The position numbers and the translations under genes are program-made. A stretch of DNA of 63,948 nucleotides, the filler included, from Craspedostauros australis (taxonomy: Eukaryota): NCBI GenBank assembly GCA_030167865.1. It is 13 parts of 13 records of this genome, joined end to end, with 100 filler letters (N's around TTAATTAATTAA, not from the genome) between each part and the next. Parts side by side here need not be neighbours in the genome. Positions count along the whole stretch, not along the records: positions 36,899 to 38,988 come from JALAGF010000418.1; positions 39,089 to 60,429 come from JALAGF010000419.1; 11 more parts are not named here. One strand, written 5' to 3'. The notes below the pieces were generated by a model, which made no database searches, was not told the DNA's origin, and saw nothing but the letters and a program-made list of their open reading frames with translations. This document shows, in pieces, positions 37,540 through 49,728 of the stretch (position 1 is its first letter; each line of letters starts with the position of its first letter).

Positions 37540-38988
37540 ATGGCGGAAGAGGACCCCATCCCAACGATGGAAGAGCTGCAAGCACAGCTCGAGACCATTC
37601 GGACTGAAAACCTTCGCCTCCAAGAGGCAACGTTGACAGCCGAAGCCAACGCTGAAGCAGCGAACATGGCAGCAGCCGTCTCCCAAGCCGCAGCTGATGC
37701 CATCACGGACCCCAAGCCAAAAGGAAGCAAGCGTCCGGACGACGACAGCGATGACGACGACGAAGACCTCACCACCAAGCCAATCGTTCCCATCATGGGT
37801 GGAATGAACCAGCAAGGCCGCAACTGGGTACCCTGGACAGCAGGTGAACCAAACGTGGAATGGACTGGCCTCAAGGAAGGGTCCCAAACCAAGTGGACCC
37901 ACGCCCAGGAACAGAGAATCCTCCACAACGGAGCCGACTCTGCGAACCAATCCAAGCGCGAAACTGGATTAACCGACAAGTTCAAGAAAGGTGGCAACAT
38001 TCAACAATTCATTCGGCTGGTACACAACCATATGAGCAAGACGGGACTCTTAACCATGGCGTACATTGCAGATGACACCACAACCCCAACAATGACATGT
38101 GTCCTCAACTCACCTGCCTCCTTCACCCTCGAAGACTCAACAAGGCATTTCGAAGAATACCATGAGAAGTGGGATCACTACGACGTCCAAAACAACTGGT
38201 CGGCCGCCATGTTCTTCCGCGACAGCCTTGACCCAGTCCTCGAAGATCAGCTCATGAACCGAATCGAAGAAAAATACCACAACCACTTCCTAACCCTCTT
38301 CATCGAGTTCATGAATAGCATCACCGCCAACTCGTTGGACGAGCAAGACAAGATCGCAAAAGACATCCGTAAAGTCGATTGCTCCCAGTTCGCTGGTGAG
38401 AATGTCGGCGAAATGGCCGTTAAGCTTCGCGCCCTGTGCAAGAGCCTTGATGACGCTGGTCGCTTCGACCTCCATCTGCTCCGCAACATCCTTGACGCCT
38501 TCCTTCAGGCAGGCGGCAAGTTCCTCTCCGGTGAACAATACCGACGTCCTCTTTATGTAATGAAGGATGATCTTGAGACAATTCTCAAGCGTCTCCCCAT
38601 ATTCACGTATCAAGAAGCTCTTCCAAAGCTTGCAGCCAAGGACCTCACCTGGATGGCAATCTGCAACAAAGCGCAGGCTTCGTACGACAACGAAGTACGT
38701 GGCGATCGTTGGCACGCCATTAGACGCGTCAAGGATCGCAACATCCCAAGGCAATCGTACTTCAACAACGTAGCCAAACATCCAAAGGCCAACATCCTCG
38801 AGCAACACAAGGGTTTCGGAAGGAACAACGCGAAGAAGAAGAATCAACCAAAGAAGCCCATCAACAACAACACCAATCGGAAACCGAACCAAGGTTGGGC
38901 ATCCATAATAGAGCCCAAACGTAATGGCTGTTGTCTTGTTGGCTGTTCTTTAGCTGTAGGCAGAGGCTTGACTGGCAAGCGATCCGGA
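37540..38988 (+). mobile_element. LTR retrotransposon gag-like ORF (CoDi-like); coding character seems to break near 38905, before any knuckle
   Basis: Lies downstream of LTR and PBS; motifs WDHYDVQNNWSAAMFFRDSLD and SQFAGENV resemble diatom copia Gag. Confidence 0.7.
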
Positions 38989-39553
38989 NNNNNNNNNNNN
39001 NNNNNNNNNNNNNNNNNNNNNNNNNNNNNNNNTTAATTAATTAANNNNNNNNNNNNNNNNNNNNNNNNNNNNNNNNNNNNNNNNNNNNGCTTGTGCCGTC
39101 GGCGATATGCCAATGGTTACCAATAATTACCAATAATTACCAAAAAACCGGAAATTAGCCAATAGCCACTAGTTGTGTCATCAGCGCTTCCTTCAGATAT
39201 AAACGAGCGTAACTGGTTGCCACGAGCAGTTGCGAACTAACTAACATGATGTGGTTACAGATCGGAACAGAACATGAAAAATAGATCCGCCCCGCAAAGT
39301 GCCGCGCGTGTGCTGCGTAACCCCGGGACCACAGCCGAATCCGCTCCTCCGCATTGCAGCCAGCGAATGGCGCAACCAAACAATAAAACGAACGATCACA
39401 ACACATAACCGGAAGGATAATTTTGTGTGGGCGTTTTCGTATGTGGACTCCTCAATCCAATTATCGTAAGTGGACTGGGGAGTCCACTTGCAACAACAAA
39501 AAAGTAGTCGAATTTCGCTCATCTGAGAAAAGACTACTTCGACCACCCCACCC

Positions 39554-40900
39554 TGTCACATTTCTTGGATTCTTCGTGTTTGTCAGGAATCGGGTGTTCT
39601 GAAACATCCAATTGCCCCACCTCCCATGTATGTGAAGTCGAGCGCCATGAAACTCAATATTACCGCACCTCCCTTTTTGGATCTTTGTGACACCAAAAAT
39701 GACACCTGTGTGATTGAGGCAAAGAACGCCACGTGCCGAATGCGAACCGGATTGTGACGTTCGTGACCTCAATGCAGGAATGGGAGTCACACGTGTATGT
39801 TGCAGGGATGTCGATGTTGGATTCGTGCCCAGCATTACGATACCCTTGACCACTGCCCCTATGTCACAACAAACAAGAAAAGAGGATTCGAGATGGCTGG
39901 CGTGACGAAGTACAAGATGGCCTGTGAACAAATCTCTGATGACAAACCAGCAAAAGGTTGGAGAGGATCAGAGATTGTCCCAAGATGAGAAACGTCAGGA
40001 GCAATCATCCAAGCTATTTTTGTGCAACCTGGAGATGGAGATCCAATCGAATGGAACGAATTGGTAATGCTTGTGAATCACCACTGTCTATGCTAACAAA
40101 ACTATTGGAGGCAAGACAACAAGATGAGTTCATGGGGATATGCAACCTTGCTATGCATGCATGATCATGGTGGATGCAAGATGAATGCAAGATGAATGCA
40201 TGCTGCTATAGCAGATGCAACTATCGAGATCCCAGGAGGAGATTGAACTTGGGAAGTTGAGAGCAATGAAGAGCTCACAGTTCAGAGAAGTAGATTCTAA
40301 CAAACGATTAGCTTTCTACTATCATCGCCACCCCAGATTTCCAAAACATGTTGTTGTGTGTAAACTTGTGGACACAACAATTTTGCACCAAGATGCACCT
40401 CCTCCATTCTCTCCGTACACAAATACTCTCTCCATCCCTACAATAACAGCAATCAACACTGACTCTACTTGTTGGCAAGTTCCGTGATTGGAAGCCTACA
40501 ATCGTGGAAGATGGTGTTGGTTGATAGTTGTTCGTTTGCTATTTCATTGCGTTGGCACTCCGATCCTCTTGGTGTACGCTCGTTCTCTTGCCTGATGCTC
40601 TCGGCGCTTCAATCTGTTTTGTAGATTGAGTCTCTGACTATGAGTTGGTACGCGAGATGCTCTCTTGCTACTCTTTGTATTCTCTCTCTCTCTCTCAATA
40701 TCATGTACTCGTGCTACATGATACTTCATGTTCAATGTGTGCTACACATTCAATACTCTGTTTGTTCACTACTGGTTCCTACTCCATGAGTACTTACCAT
40801 TTGAACTTCACCTCCTGTATCCATGATCTTGATGTCCTTCGGTCATCGGATCTTCACCTCTTCCTCTGACATGGTGACATGTTGACATCCTGTCGACGTC
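39554..40900. mobile_element. Cluster of nested, degenerate LTR pieces (TG starts at 39554, 39581 and 40470); right boundary approximate
   Basis: 39581 matches the terminus at 20497; 40470 onward matches 23946-24271. Confidence 0.6.
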
Positions 40901-42423
40901 AGTGGGCGTCCTTCTGCACTCCAGATGTCATGTTCCATTGGTGATGCAGTGGTCTGTCAGATGATATCGTCATCTGAGGTTTAGTTGGGAAGTACCTCAA
41001 GATTCTCTTGGTACCATTGATCGATGGACGGACGATATATTCTAATTCTCTCAGAAATCGTCGATTGCAAATTTCCTCCAGATATTCTGCTCATTTTCGT
41101 GTGCTCCATTTCCACTGTAATTTTGACGAATCACAGCATACTATCTACACTAATGTAGTTGTACCGTCCAAGTGCGTATGAGAGAATAGCGGGTGAACGA
41201 TGCACATATGCATGTACATCTTGACATCTTCCATTCACTATTGATGGTGTGACATTTGGGCACGAACAGATTGACATCAGCAACAATGGACCACGGCACC
41301 TGCAAATTGCGGTGACTAACAGCATCGGTAAGAAACGCCTTACCTGCTACTCCTGCCATCACAACCAGAAAAATGTTCTCGCCTTGTCCACCTGTTCCAA
41401 TGGCAGCAAAGCGCCGCATTTGCTCACGCGCTCACCACCGATGTCCATCACAGTTTGACCACGCCACATGCATGCAGTTGGCCAATGAAGCGCATCTGCA
41501 AGAGGAACTCGGGGTCATCGCTGATAGACGACTTCGATATGAGCATGGAGGTGATCAATCCGTCCTGTGGAGGCGGAGCCGCCCATGTAGTGGAAAGTGC
41601 ACACTTTCTTCATTGCAGCAGTTGCAAGCTCCAATGAGTGGTATCGCCAGTTGAGGAATCGGAGTAGATGACACAAGGGTGAGCATTGAGAGCAACATCC
41701 CCGCGCATGCATACAACTCTGCTCTCTCCGCAGCAACTATAATCGAGCCCGACATTTTCCACACACACTTCAATTGTACCAGAGAGAGAGAGAGTAGGCT
41801 GCTGCTGTTCACTTGAACAATACGATTGGAGTAAAAGAACAATGGCACTTTCCACGCACCCTCGCTGTCTCTCACTGTCTCTCACTGTCTCTCGCTGTCT
41901 CTGTCTCTCTGGTTCTAGGGAGACACCAACGCAACTAAGTCTAAGGTACTTATTTAGGTTTATTATATGGGACTCGATGATGATACGTGATTCAATCGTG
42001 ACCGTCCAATCAATCATCTCTCGAAAGGCAACCCCAACCACCACAACAACGTTTGGGCGTCTGTTCTCGTCGGGGTTTCGGATTCTTCAGATCGACAGTC
42101 ACGCCCACAAGCACATCCAGCGCTTGTGTGTGGTGGTGCGTGGTTATGCGTGGTGTTCTTTTGGGCGTTCTCGTACTTCCAGTCGGGCCATCAGCTCGTT
42201 TCTGTCAGTGAGGCATCGCGGCAGACCACACCACACGACAGCTTACCACCACACACCACCACACACCACGACCAAGCACACCAACAACAGAAACAACGAC
42301 GGCACAGCACGAAGTCCACCAGGAACGACAGAATCTGGCTTTTCGTTGCATCACACACAAAATCCGACAACACGGCACAGACAACTATCCCAAAGATTTC
42401 TCTCTGCCCAAACAACTAGCAAG

Positions 42424-45400
42424 ATGGTGAGGACATGCAACGGCAGGCGATTTTGACCATGTCGATGGTAGAGCAAGGCTGAAAGCCCCGAATCAAAGTG
42501 CTTGCGATTGTCTGAACTGCATGTGATTTTCTGTGCAGCGAAATGACGATTGGAACATGAATGGCAGCGGTGGTGGTCCTGGATGCCAAGAAATGATCTC
42601 CTGAGTTTGCCTGCGTAGAGATCCACGTGGATTCTGTACGAGAAAACCAGTGAATCTTTTCTGCCGAAACCATCAACGTACCACCACCACCACCAATCAA
42701 CCCATTCCAAACGGATGGCATGTCAATGGATGATGTGAAGGCATGGTCGGTCAAGAGGGTTGGCTGGAGGACGGCTTCCACCATAGGCAGAGGTCCATGA
42801 CGCAGCATGAAGACCATCACAGCAGGCAGGGAACGACCGGCAGGATGGATGCGACGTCTGCCAACTGCAATCGTGTCAATCCGCAGCACGCGCATGGGCA
42901 GCGCTTTCATGACCATGATGCCTCCCTCCGCCCTCATGCACCTCGCTGCCACCCTCAAGCATCCATTGCAGATGCTCCCCCTCGTGTGCACAACGCTGAT
43001 TTGAGTTGCGAAGACTATTGTGCTCCGTGACAAACACAACAGAACCAAACTGACACAAACCTGCTGCTCTCCCTGATTCCCACTCGATTGAATTGATTGA
43101 CTGATGACGCCACGATGTCACGATGCCATCAATCCAACACTATCGATACTTTCGACAATGGCACTTGCCCCCACCTCCCCCTTACGCACCTGCTTCCATG
43201 ACAGGTGAACTTCACAGTCGACCAAATGAGGTCCATCATGGACCTCAAGCACAACATCCGTTCCATGTCCGTGATTGCCCACGTTGACCACGGAAAGACC
43301 ACCCTCACCGATTCCCTCGTCCAGAAGGCCGGAATTATCTCCGCCAAGGCTGCCGGAGGTGCCCGTTACACCGACACCCGTGCCGATGAGGCCGAGCGCG
43401 GTATCACCATCAAGTCCACCGGTATCTCCATGTTCTTCGAGTACGACATGGAAAAGGGTGTCCTCACCGAGGAGGAGCAGGAGGACCTCGCCAAGGAGGT
43501 CGCCGACAAGCTCGACAACGAGCAGAACGTCCAGATCACCGAGAAGTCCTACCTCATCAACCTGATCGACTCCCCAGGTCACGTTGACTTCTCCTCCGAA
43601 GTCACTGCCGCCCTCCGTGTCACTGACGGAGCCCTCGTCGTCGTCGACACCATCGATGGAGTCTGCGTGCAGACCGAGACCGTCCTCCGTCAGGCCATCA
43701 ACGAGCGTGTTAAGCCGGTTCTCATGGTCAACAAGGTCGACCGTGCGCTCCTCGAGCTCCAGCTCCCAGCTGAGGAGCTCTACCAGGCCTTCTGCCGTGC
43801 CATCGAGTCCGTCAACGTGATCATCGCGACTTACAACGACGAGACCCTCGGTGACATCCAGGTCCACCCAACCATCGGAACCGTCGCCTTCGGATCCGGT
43901 CTTCACCAGTGGGCATTCACCCTCAAGCGTTTCGCCAAGACGTACGGTGCCAAATTCGGCGTCGAGGAGAGCAAGATGATGGCCAAGCTCTGGGGCGACT
44001 GGTACTTCGATGCCGGCCGCAAGGTGTGGACCACCTCCGACAAGAACGGTACCCTCGAGCGTGCCTTCTGTCAGTTCATCATGACCCCAGTCACCACCCT
44101 CTTCGAAGCCATCATGGCTGAGAAGCACGGAAAGGTCAAGAAGATGTTGAAGGCCATCGGCGTCGAGCTCAAGGGAGAGGAGAAGGAACTCACCGGAAAG
44201 CAGCTCCTGAAGCGTGTCATGCAGAAGTGGCTCCCAGCTGGAGACACCGTCCTTGAGATGATTGTGCTCCACTTGCCATCCCCATTCAAGGCCCAGAAGT
44301 ACCGTGTCGATACCCTCTACGACGGTCCACTCGACGACAAGACCGCCGAGGCCATCCGTACCTGCGACACCTCCGAAGGTGCCCCACTGTGCATGTACAT
44401 CTCTAAGATGGTCCCAACCTCCGATAAGGGACGTTTCTACGCCTTCGGACGTGTCTTCTCCGGAAAGATCGCCACTGGACAGAAGGTCCGCATCATGGGA
44501 CCAAACTACGTCCCAGGAAAGAAGTCCGAGCTCTGGGTGAAGAACATCCAGCGTACCCTGATCATGATGGGACGCTACACCGAGCAGGTCGCCGATGTCC
44601 CAGCCGGAAACACCTGCGCCCTCGTCGGTGTCGACCAGTACCTCCTCAAGAGTGGAACCATCGCCACTGAGCCAGATGCCTGCACCATCGTGACCATGAA
44701 GTTCTCCGTGTCCCCGGTCGTGCGTTGCGCCGTCGAGCCAAAGAACTCCGCCGACCTCCCAAAGCTCGTCGAGGGCATGAAGCGTCTCGCCAAGTCCGAT
44801 CCTATGGTTCTGTGCTACACCGAAGAGTCCGGTGAGCATATCATCGCCGCTTCCGGCGAGCTCCACTTGGAGATCTGCCTCCAGGATCTGCAGCAGGACT
44901 TCATGGGTACCGAGGTCAAGGTCTCCGACCCAGTCGTCTCTTTCCGTGAGACTTGTACCAGCAAGTCCAACCAGACCTGTCTGGCCAAGTCCGCCAACAA
45001 GCACAACCGTCTCTTCGTGGAGGCCGAGCCACTCGGCGAGGAGCTCTGCAAGGCCATCGACGATGGTGATGTCAAGGCTGGCACAGAGTCCAAGGCCATG
45101 GGACGACACCTCGCCGACAACTTCGGCTGGGATGTCTCCGAGGCCCGTAAGATCTGGGCCTTCGGTCCAGACGGAACCGGACCAAACCTCATGGTTGACA
45201 CCACCAAGGGAGTCAACTACCTCCTTGAGATCAAGGAGTCCGTCGTCGGAGGATTCGCCTGGGCCACCCAGAGCGGACCAATGTGCGAGGAGCAGATGCG
45301 TGGAAACAGATTCAACCTCATGGATGTCGTGCTTCACGCCGATGCCATCCACCGTGGTATGGGACAGATCATGCCAACCGCCCGCCGCGTGTGCTTCGCC

Positions 45401-45784
45401 TCAATCTTGGCAGGCGAGCCAGGCATCCTCGAGCCAGTCTACCTGTGTAACATCGCTGTGCCGCAGGACGCCATGGGTAACGTGTACGGTGTGCTGACCC
45501 GCCGTCGTGGACACGTCTTCAGCGAGGAACAGCGACCAGGAACCCCAATGATGACCCTCCTCGCCTACCTCCCAATCATGGATTCGTTCGGTTTCACTGC
45601 CGATCTCCGATCCAACACCGGAGGAAAGGCCTTCCCACAGTGCTCCTTCGATCATTGGGAGCCAATGTCTGGGTCTCCATTCGCTGAGACCAGCAAGGTC
45701 AAGGAGACCATCCTCGCCGTCCGAAAGCGCAAGGGTCTCTCCGAGGGCGTGCCGGAGCTCAGCAAGTACCTTGACAAGCTCTAA
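42424..45784 (+). CDS. EEF2: Eukaryotic translation elongation factor 2; exon 1 is ATG only (42424-42426), exon 2 is 43205-45784, about 860 aa
   Basis: [42 protein letters not shown], diphthamide loop DAIHRG, C-terminal YLDKL. Acceptor CATGACAG|GTG at 43204 and candidate AAGATG|GTGAGG donor. Confidence 0.96.
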
Positions 45785-46139
45785 ACATCCCAACTGTGTA
45801 AGCATGAGTATGAATAACACTCTTCCGTCGTCCCCATAGTTGTGTGCAGCACGAGTGTGTGTGTAGGATGGTGCCAGGACATGGCGCAGCTTGAGTTTCA
45901 CGCATCTTGGCATGGGGGAGCCCCGCATGCAGAGCGCATCATCACCACAGCAACAATGAATCCACGAAGCAAGTAGAGCAAACGGTTGATGCCTATGGCC
46001 CAAGAGCGTCTCAAGCGTATGATAGGAGCTCGTCTCCTACTTAAAGTATAGCAGCGTAGAGTATGATGATCTGCTCATGATGGATGCGCTGTGCTGTACT
46101 CGTACCATACTATACACGTATGCTGTGACCTGGAGTGAT

Positions 46140-49100
46140 TCATTTGCCGTCGACTGCAACCACCTTGACATGGATCAGTTGCTCCACCTTGTCCACCGTA
46201 GGTATTGATTTGTCCGTCTCGACCATGCGCTTCCGCAACCGAGTAATCGCTGCGAGCAAGAGCTGCCCATGGTCTTCGACCAATCGTTGCATCCGTCTGT
46301 CCAGGATAAGGCTCTGCAAAACCTGCAGAACGGATTCATCCAAAGTGCTGCTCGTGGCTGTCCCCGCGCCAGACTTGTCGCTTCCACCTTGGTCATTCTC
46401 GTCCACGGCGATCAGATCCACCACCTCCCCAATCAACGATGGTTCCAGAATGAAGAGAACCACCACGGGTGAACACCATGCTGACGAATTGATCGGTGTG
46501 CGGGAGAGATGTGCGAATAGCCTGTGGATGGATGCGATGACTGGTTGATGGAGCTTGACCTTTGCCAGCATCGTTGTCGGGCCCGCTGCTGATGGTGCTG
46601 GAGATGCCAGCGATGCGGTTGTTGGTAATTCCGATGACACAGGTGTTGGCAGTGCACCACGAGTGTCCGCATGCATGGAACCAAGGTCCGTTGCCAGGAC
46701 CGCGATGAGGGCGAGAGCGCACCTCGACCTCAGGCAGCAATCCTGGGCTGACCCCTTCTTGCTCCACATCCACTGCGAGAGCAACGGGGCCAGCATTGAA
46801 AGGATCTTTTCCGATCCACAGCGCATGCAGGCGTTTGCTGTGAGCTGCAATGCCCTGTCCAAACTGGTGACAACATCTGCATCAACTTTCGTTGCTTGGA
46901 TGTCATCCTTTGTGTTGCTGCTGCTGTTGCTGTTGTCGCCTGAGGACGCAGTCGCAGTTTTTCGTTTTAGCAGCCTCGTCATGCCAGTGCCATCGATGAG
47001 AAATTGGAGGTAGGATTGCATCGTCATCGTTCTGCAAATGCTGTGCAATCCGTCGTATATGTACGCCACCACTGCACTGCCAGCCGTGGGAGACGGGGCG
47101 CCAGCATGTGACCGGGAGCAAATGTTGGCCAATGCCGTTATCATCTGCTGCTTCGGTGATTCGATCATCACCACCAAGCCAATGAAGGCTCTCTGGATCC
47201 TCTCGGATACGAGTTCGAAGATCGACCGATTCACCTTCAAGCTGCTGCTCGTGCTGCTTACAGTGATGGCGACGGCGTTGGACTTTGTCCCACACGTCAC
47301 GAAGCAGCACAGCTGCTCTCGCAGAGAGGCCAGCACGGGGCTGTTTCGATCCTCGATCCGTCGCGCAACTTGGTGCAACAATGAGACGACGGCCATTGTC
47401 TCGAATTGGAATTGATCTCCCCATGCCTCGAGAAATGCAGGAAGCTCCAGTACCATCCGACGCAACAGGGATACCAGCTTGTCGGTCCTACCTTCGCCGG
47501 CATGCACCAAGTACCCGTTCCGTTTCACCATCTCATACAGAGTCATGACGAGCTTCCGCGAGGATGAATGCCTCATGTTGTCGGCATCGCGGTTCGGCCC
47601 TGCCAGGAATATCGATTTGTAGATCGTCTCGATCAGCATGATCCGCGTGCCCATCATGACCTTGTCGTCGCCAACATCCTGAAGGAGGATTCCGTTGACG
47701 ACGGAGAGGACAGCAGAGGAATCGTTGGTCACTGTCAGCATGTCCAATTTGGGTAGCACGAAGGTGAAGAGCGGATCGACCCAGCCGAGCTCATACGACC
47801 TGTTGCTCCGCACTGCTTCGTGGATGGCGAAGCCCATGATGGTGTTCCCAATCAATGCATTGAGGCTGGACAGCTGCGCCAAGTCATTTCCGATCGTCAC
47901 ATCGTCGACCGACAGCGGGAACATGCCCAGCAAGATCGTGGCGATGTGATGTCCGGCACGCACCGCGTTGTGATGGTGTGCCTTGGGAGAAGCCGAGGCT
48001 CCGTCCGTCCCGTCGGGTGCATCATCAGAAAAAGCCGCAGCTTCCGTCTCCGGACACAACTGCCAGCACAGTCGGATGCACCTCGTCACGATCAGCAAAC
48101 GATTCACGTCCGGCTTTCGGTTGGATAGAGTGGACGCCCCAGCTGCACCTGAGGTCGCCGACGAAGAGGATGACGATGCCGAACCTGCCGCCTTTGCTGT
48201 TGCTACTGCTCCTGGTACGACCGCCCCATTGCCGTCCTCCTGTTCGGTCATCTCCACCAGCACATTGCGAAGGGTGGTGAGGAGCTCGTGAACGATCTTC
48301 ATGGATACATTCTGCGCAACGTCCGTTGCGGAGTGCTTGTCACCTTGACGATGATCACGCTTCTCGGCATCGTTGATCACCGACTGCAGGTCGATCCAGT
48401 TGGAACCGCGACTCGCATGAAAGGCCAGCCTCGACCTCTGCGGACGGCTGACGATGAGCGCATTCCTCCCGCCTCTCGTGAAGACGAGGTCCGGTTCCGA
48501 ATTCAGCTGCATCGCATCCTGGTGCCTGCCGCTCGATGCCGTGCTGTCGCCAAATGCCTTTTCGGACGCCTTGAGCAGGGAGCACAGCGACTCCATCGTC
48601 GTCTCGAGATGCTTCGTGGCGCGTCGATCGGACAGGATGCCGGGGTACGGCGGAAATAGCTTGTGCACATGCGATCGCATCAGCCCACGCGCCGCCGAGC
48701 ACAGAAGGTGCACCATCTTGGCCCCGTCGACGCGGGTCAACCGATCGAGGCTGTTGAGAGCGGACGTCGCGTAGGCCACGAGCAACGAGCAGAATGGCTT
48801 GATGGAGGCGTTGTCCAGCTTGTGCAGCATCTTCTGCAGCAACGCCAAACCCTCCGTGCGGACCTGATCGTCTTCATCGACGCAGCACTTGCATGCGGCG
48901 GAGAGGATGGTGGAGATGTGCGCGCGCAAGGTGGCATCGTTGAGCCCCGTCGCGATGCTGCCGATTCCCCTGACGGCTGACGCCCTTGCCGCCGCGGCCG
49001 GATGACCGAGCTGCATGCTGAGCTCCGTGAGGGTTCTGCCCCTCGAGGATACGAGGCTGGATGCATCTGTGGTCGCTATTGCTGCGCTGTCATCACGCGA

Positions 49101-49277
49101 CACCACCTGATCGGCCACGTGCAGCCTGGCTGCTCGGAATTCCGTGTCCGTCTCATTTGCCTTCTTCGGCGCCTTCTTTCCCACCTTCGCCTTGATGCGC
49201 TTGAAGTCCTGCTGGCCCTTGCTGGACGGACCGCTTCGTTTGTTGCTGCTGCTGCCTTTTCCTTTGCCTCCTGCCAT
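46140..49277 (-). CDS. IPI1: Pre-rRNA-processing protein IPI1/TEX10-like (Rix1 complex)
   Basis: N-terminal DFKRIKAKVGK..K.ANETDTEF motif, then L.QLGH and HEAT-like Ipi1_N region; 1045-aa ORF. Confidence 0.8.
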   Translation of the reverse strand: MAGGKGKGSSSNKRSGPSSKGQQDFKRIKAKVGKKAPKKANETDTEFRAARLHVADQVVSRDDSAAIATTDASSLVSSRGRTLTELSMQLGHPAAAARASAVRGIGSIATGLNDATLRAHISTILSAACKCCVDEDDQVRTEGLALLQKMLHKLDNASIKPFCSLLVAYATSALNSLDRLTRVDGAKMVHLLCSAARGLMRSHVHKLFPPYPGILSDRRATKHLETTMESLCSLLKASEKAFGDSTASSGRHQDAMQLNSEPDLVFTRGGRNALIVSRPQRSRLAFHASRGSNWIDLQSVINDAEKRDHRQGDKHSATDVAQNVSMKIVHELLTTLRNVLVEMTEQEDGNGAVVPGAVATAKAAGSASSSSSSATSGAAGASTLSNRKPDVNRLLIVTRCIRLCWQLCPETEAAAFSDDAPDGTDGASASPKAHHHNAVRAGHHIATILLGMFPLSVDDVTIGNDLAQLSSLNALIGNTIMGFAIHEAVRSNRSYELGWVDPLFTFVLPKLDMLTVTNDSSAVLSVVNGILLQDVGDDKVMMGTRIMLIETIYKSIFLAGPNRDADNMRHSSSRKLVMTLYEMVKRNGYLVHAGEGRTDKLVSLLRRMVLELPAFLEAWGDQFQFETMAVVSLLHQVARRIEDRNSPVLASLREQLCCFVTCGTKSNAVAITVSSTSSSLKVNRSIFELVSERIQRAFIGLVVMIESPKQQMITALANICSRSHAGAPSPTAGSAVVAYIYDGLHSICRTMTMQSYLQFLIDGTGMTRLLKRKTATASSGDNSNSSSNTKDDIQATKVDADVVTSLDRALQLTANACMRCGSEKILSMLAPLLSQWMWSKKGSAQDCCLRSRCALALIAVLATDLGSMHADTRGALPTPVSSELPTTASLASPAPSAAGPTTMLAKVKLHQPVIASIHRLFAHLSRTPINSSAWCSPVVVLFILEPSLIGEVVDLIAVDENDQGGSDKSGAGTATSSTLDESVLQVLQSLILDRRMQRLVEDHGQLLLAAITRLRKRMVETDKSIPTVDKVEQLIHVKVVAVDGK

Positions 49278-49728
49278 GATCGTCCTCTACTCGTGCCGGT
49301 GCCCGTACCCGTGCCAGTAATCGTGTCTCTGCTTGTGCGTGAGTTTCGTCCTCGTGGATTTTGTGGCCATCACAAGCGTCATTCGTTTTGTGTGGAGTGT
49401 TGCAGTCCTTGTTGTTGGAACGGTGTTCTCTTTCTGTCTTGGGTGGAAAACAAAAATGGTTTGTTCTTGTGAGTTTGAAACTGGTTATGAGCCTTTGTTG
49501 TGGAGGACACACTGCGCAAAATGACAGACAGACAGATACGAACTGACAATGAATACGATTCTCGACAAACAGTCAAGGTTCAATCGTGGTTCGTGTTTTC
49601 ACAAATTGTCACTTACACTGTCTGTGCATGCACCGCTCGAGCGCTGTGCCAGACACTGTTGATCCTGCGGACAACACATCTTCAACAAAATCGACACCAC
49701 AACACACAACCACGTCCACATCAGCAGA

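Noticed and set aside
35627..38988. YR ORF plus neighbouring LTR/gag as one composite element
   Set aside because: Separated by an artificial linker (36799-36898); they are different contigs.
43118..45352. 744-aa antisense ORF over eEF2
   Set aside because: Same codon-bias shadow effect.
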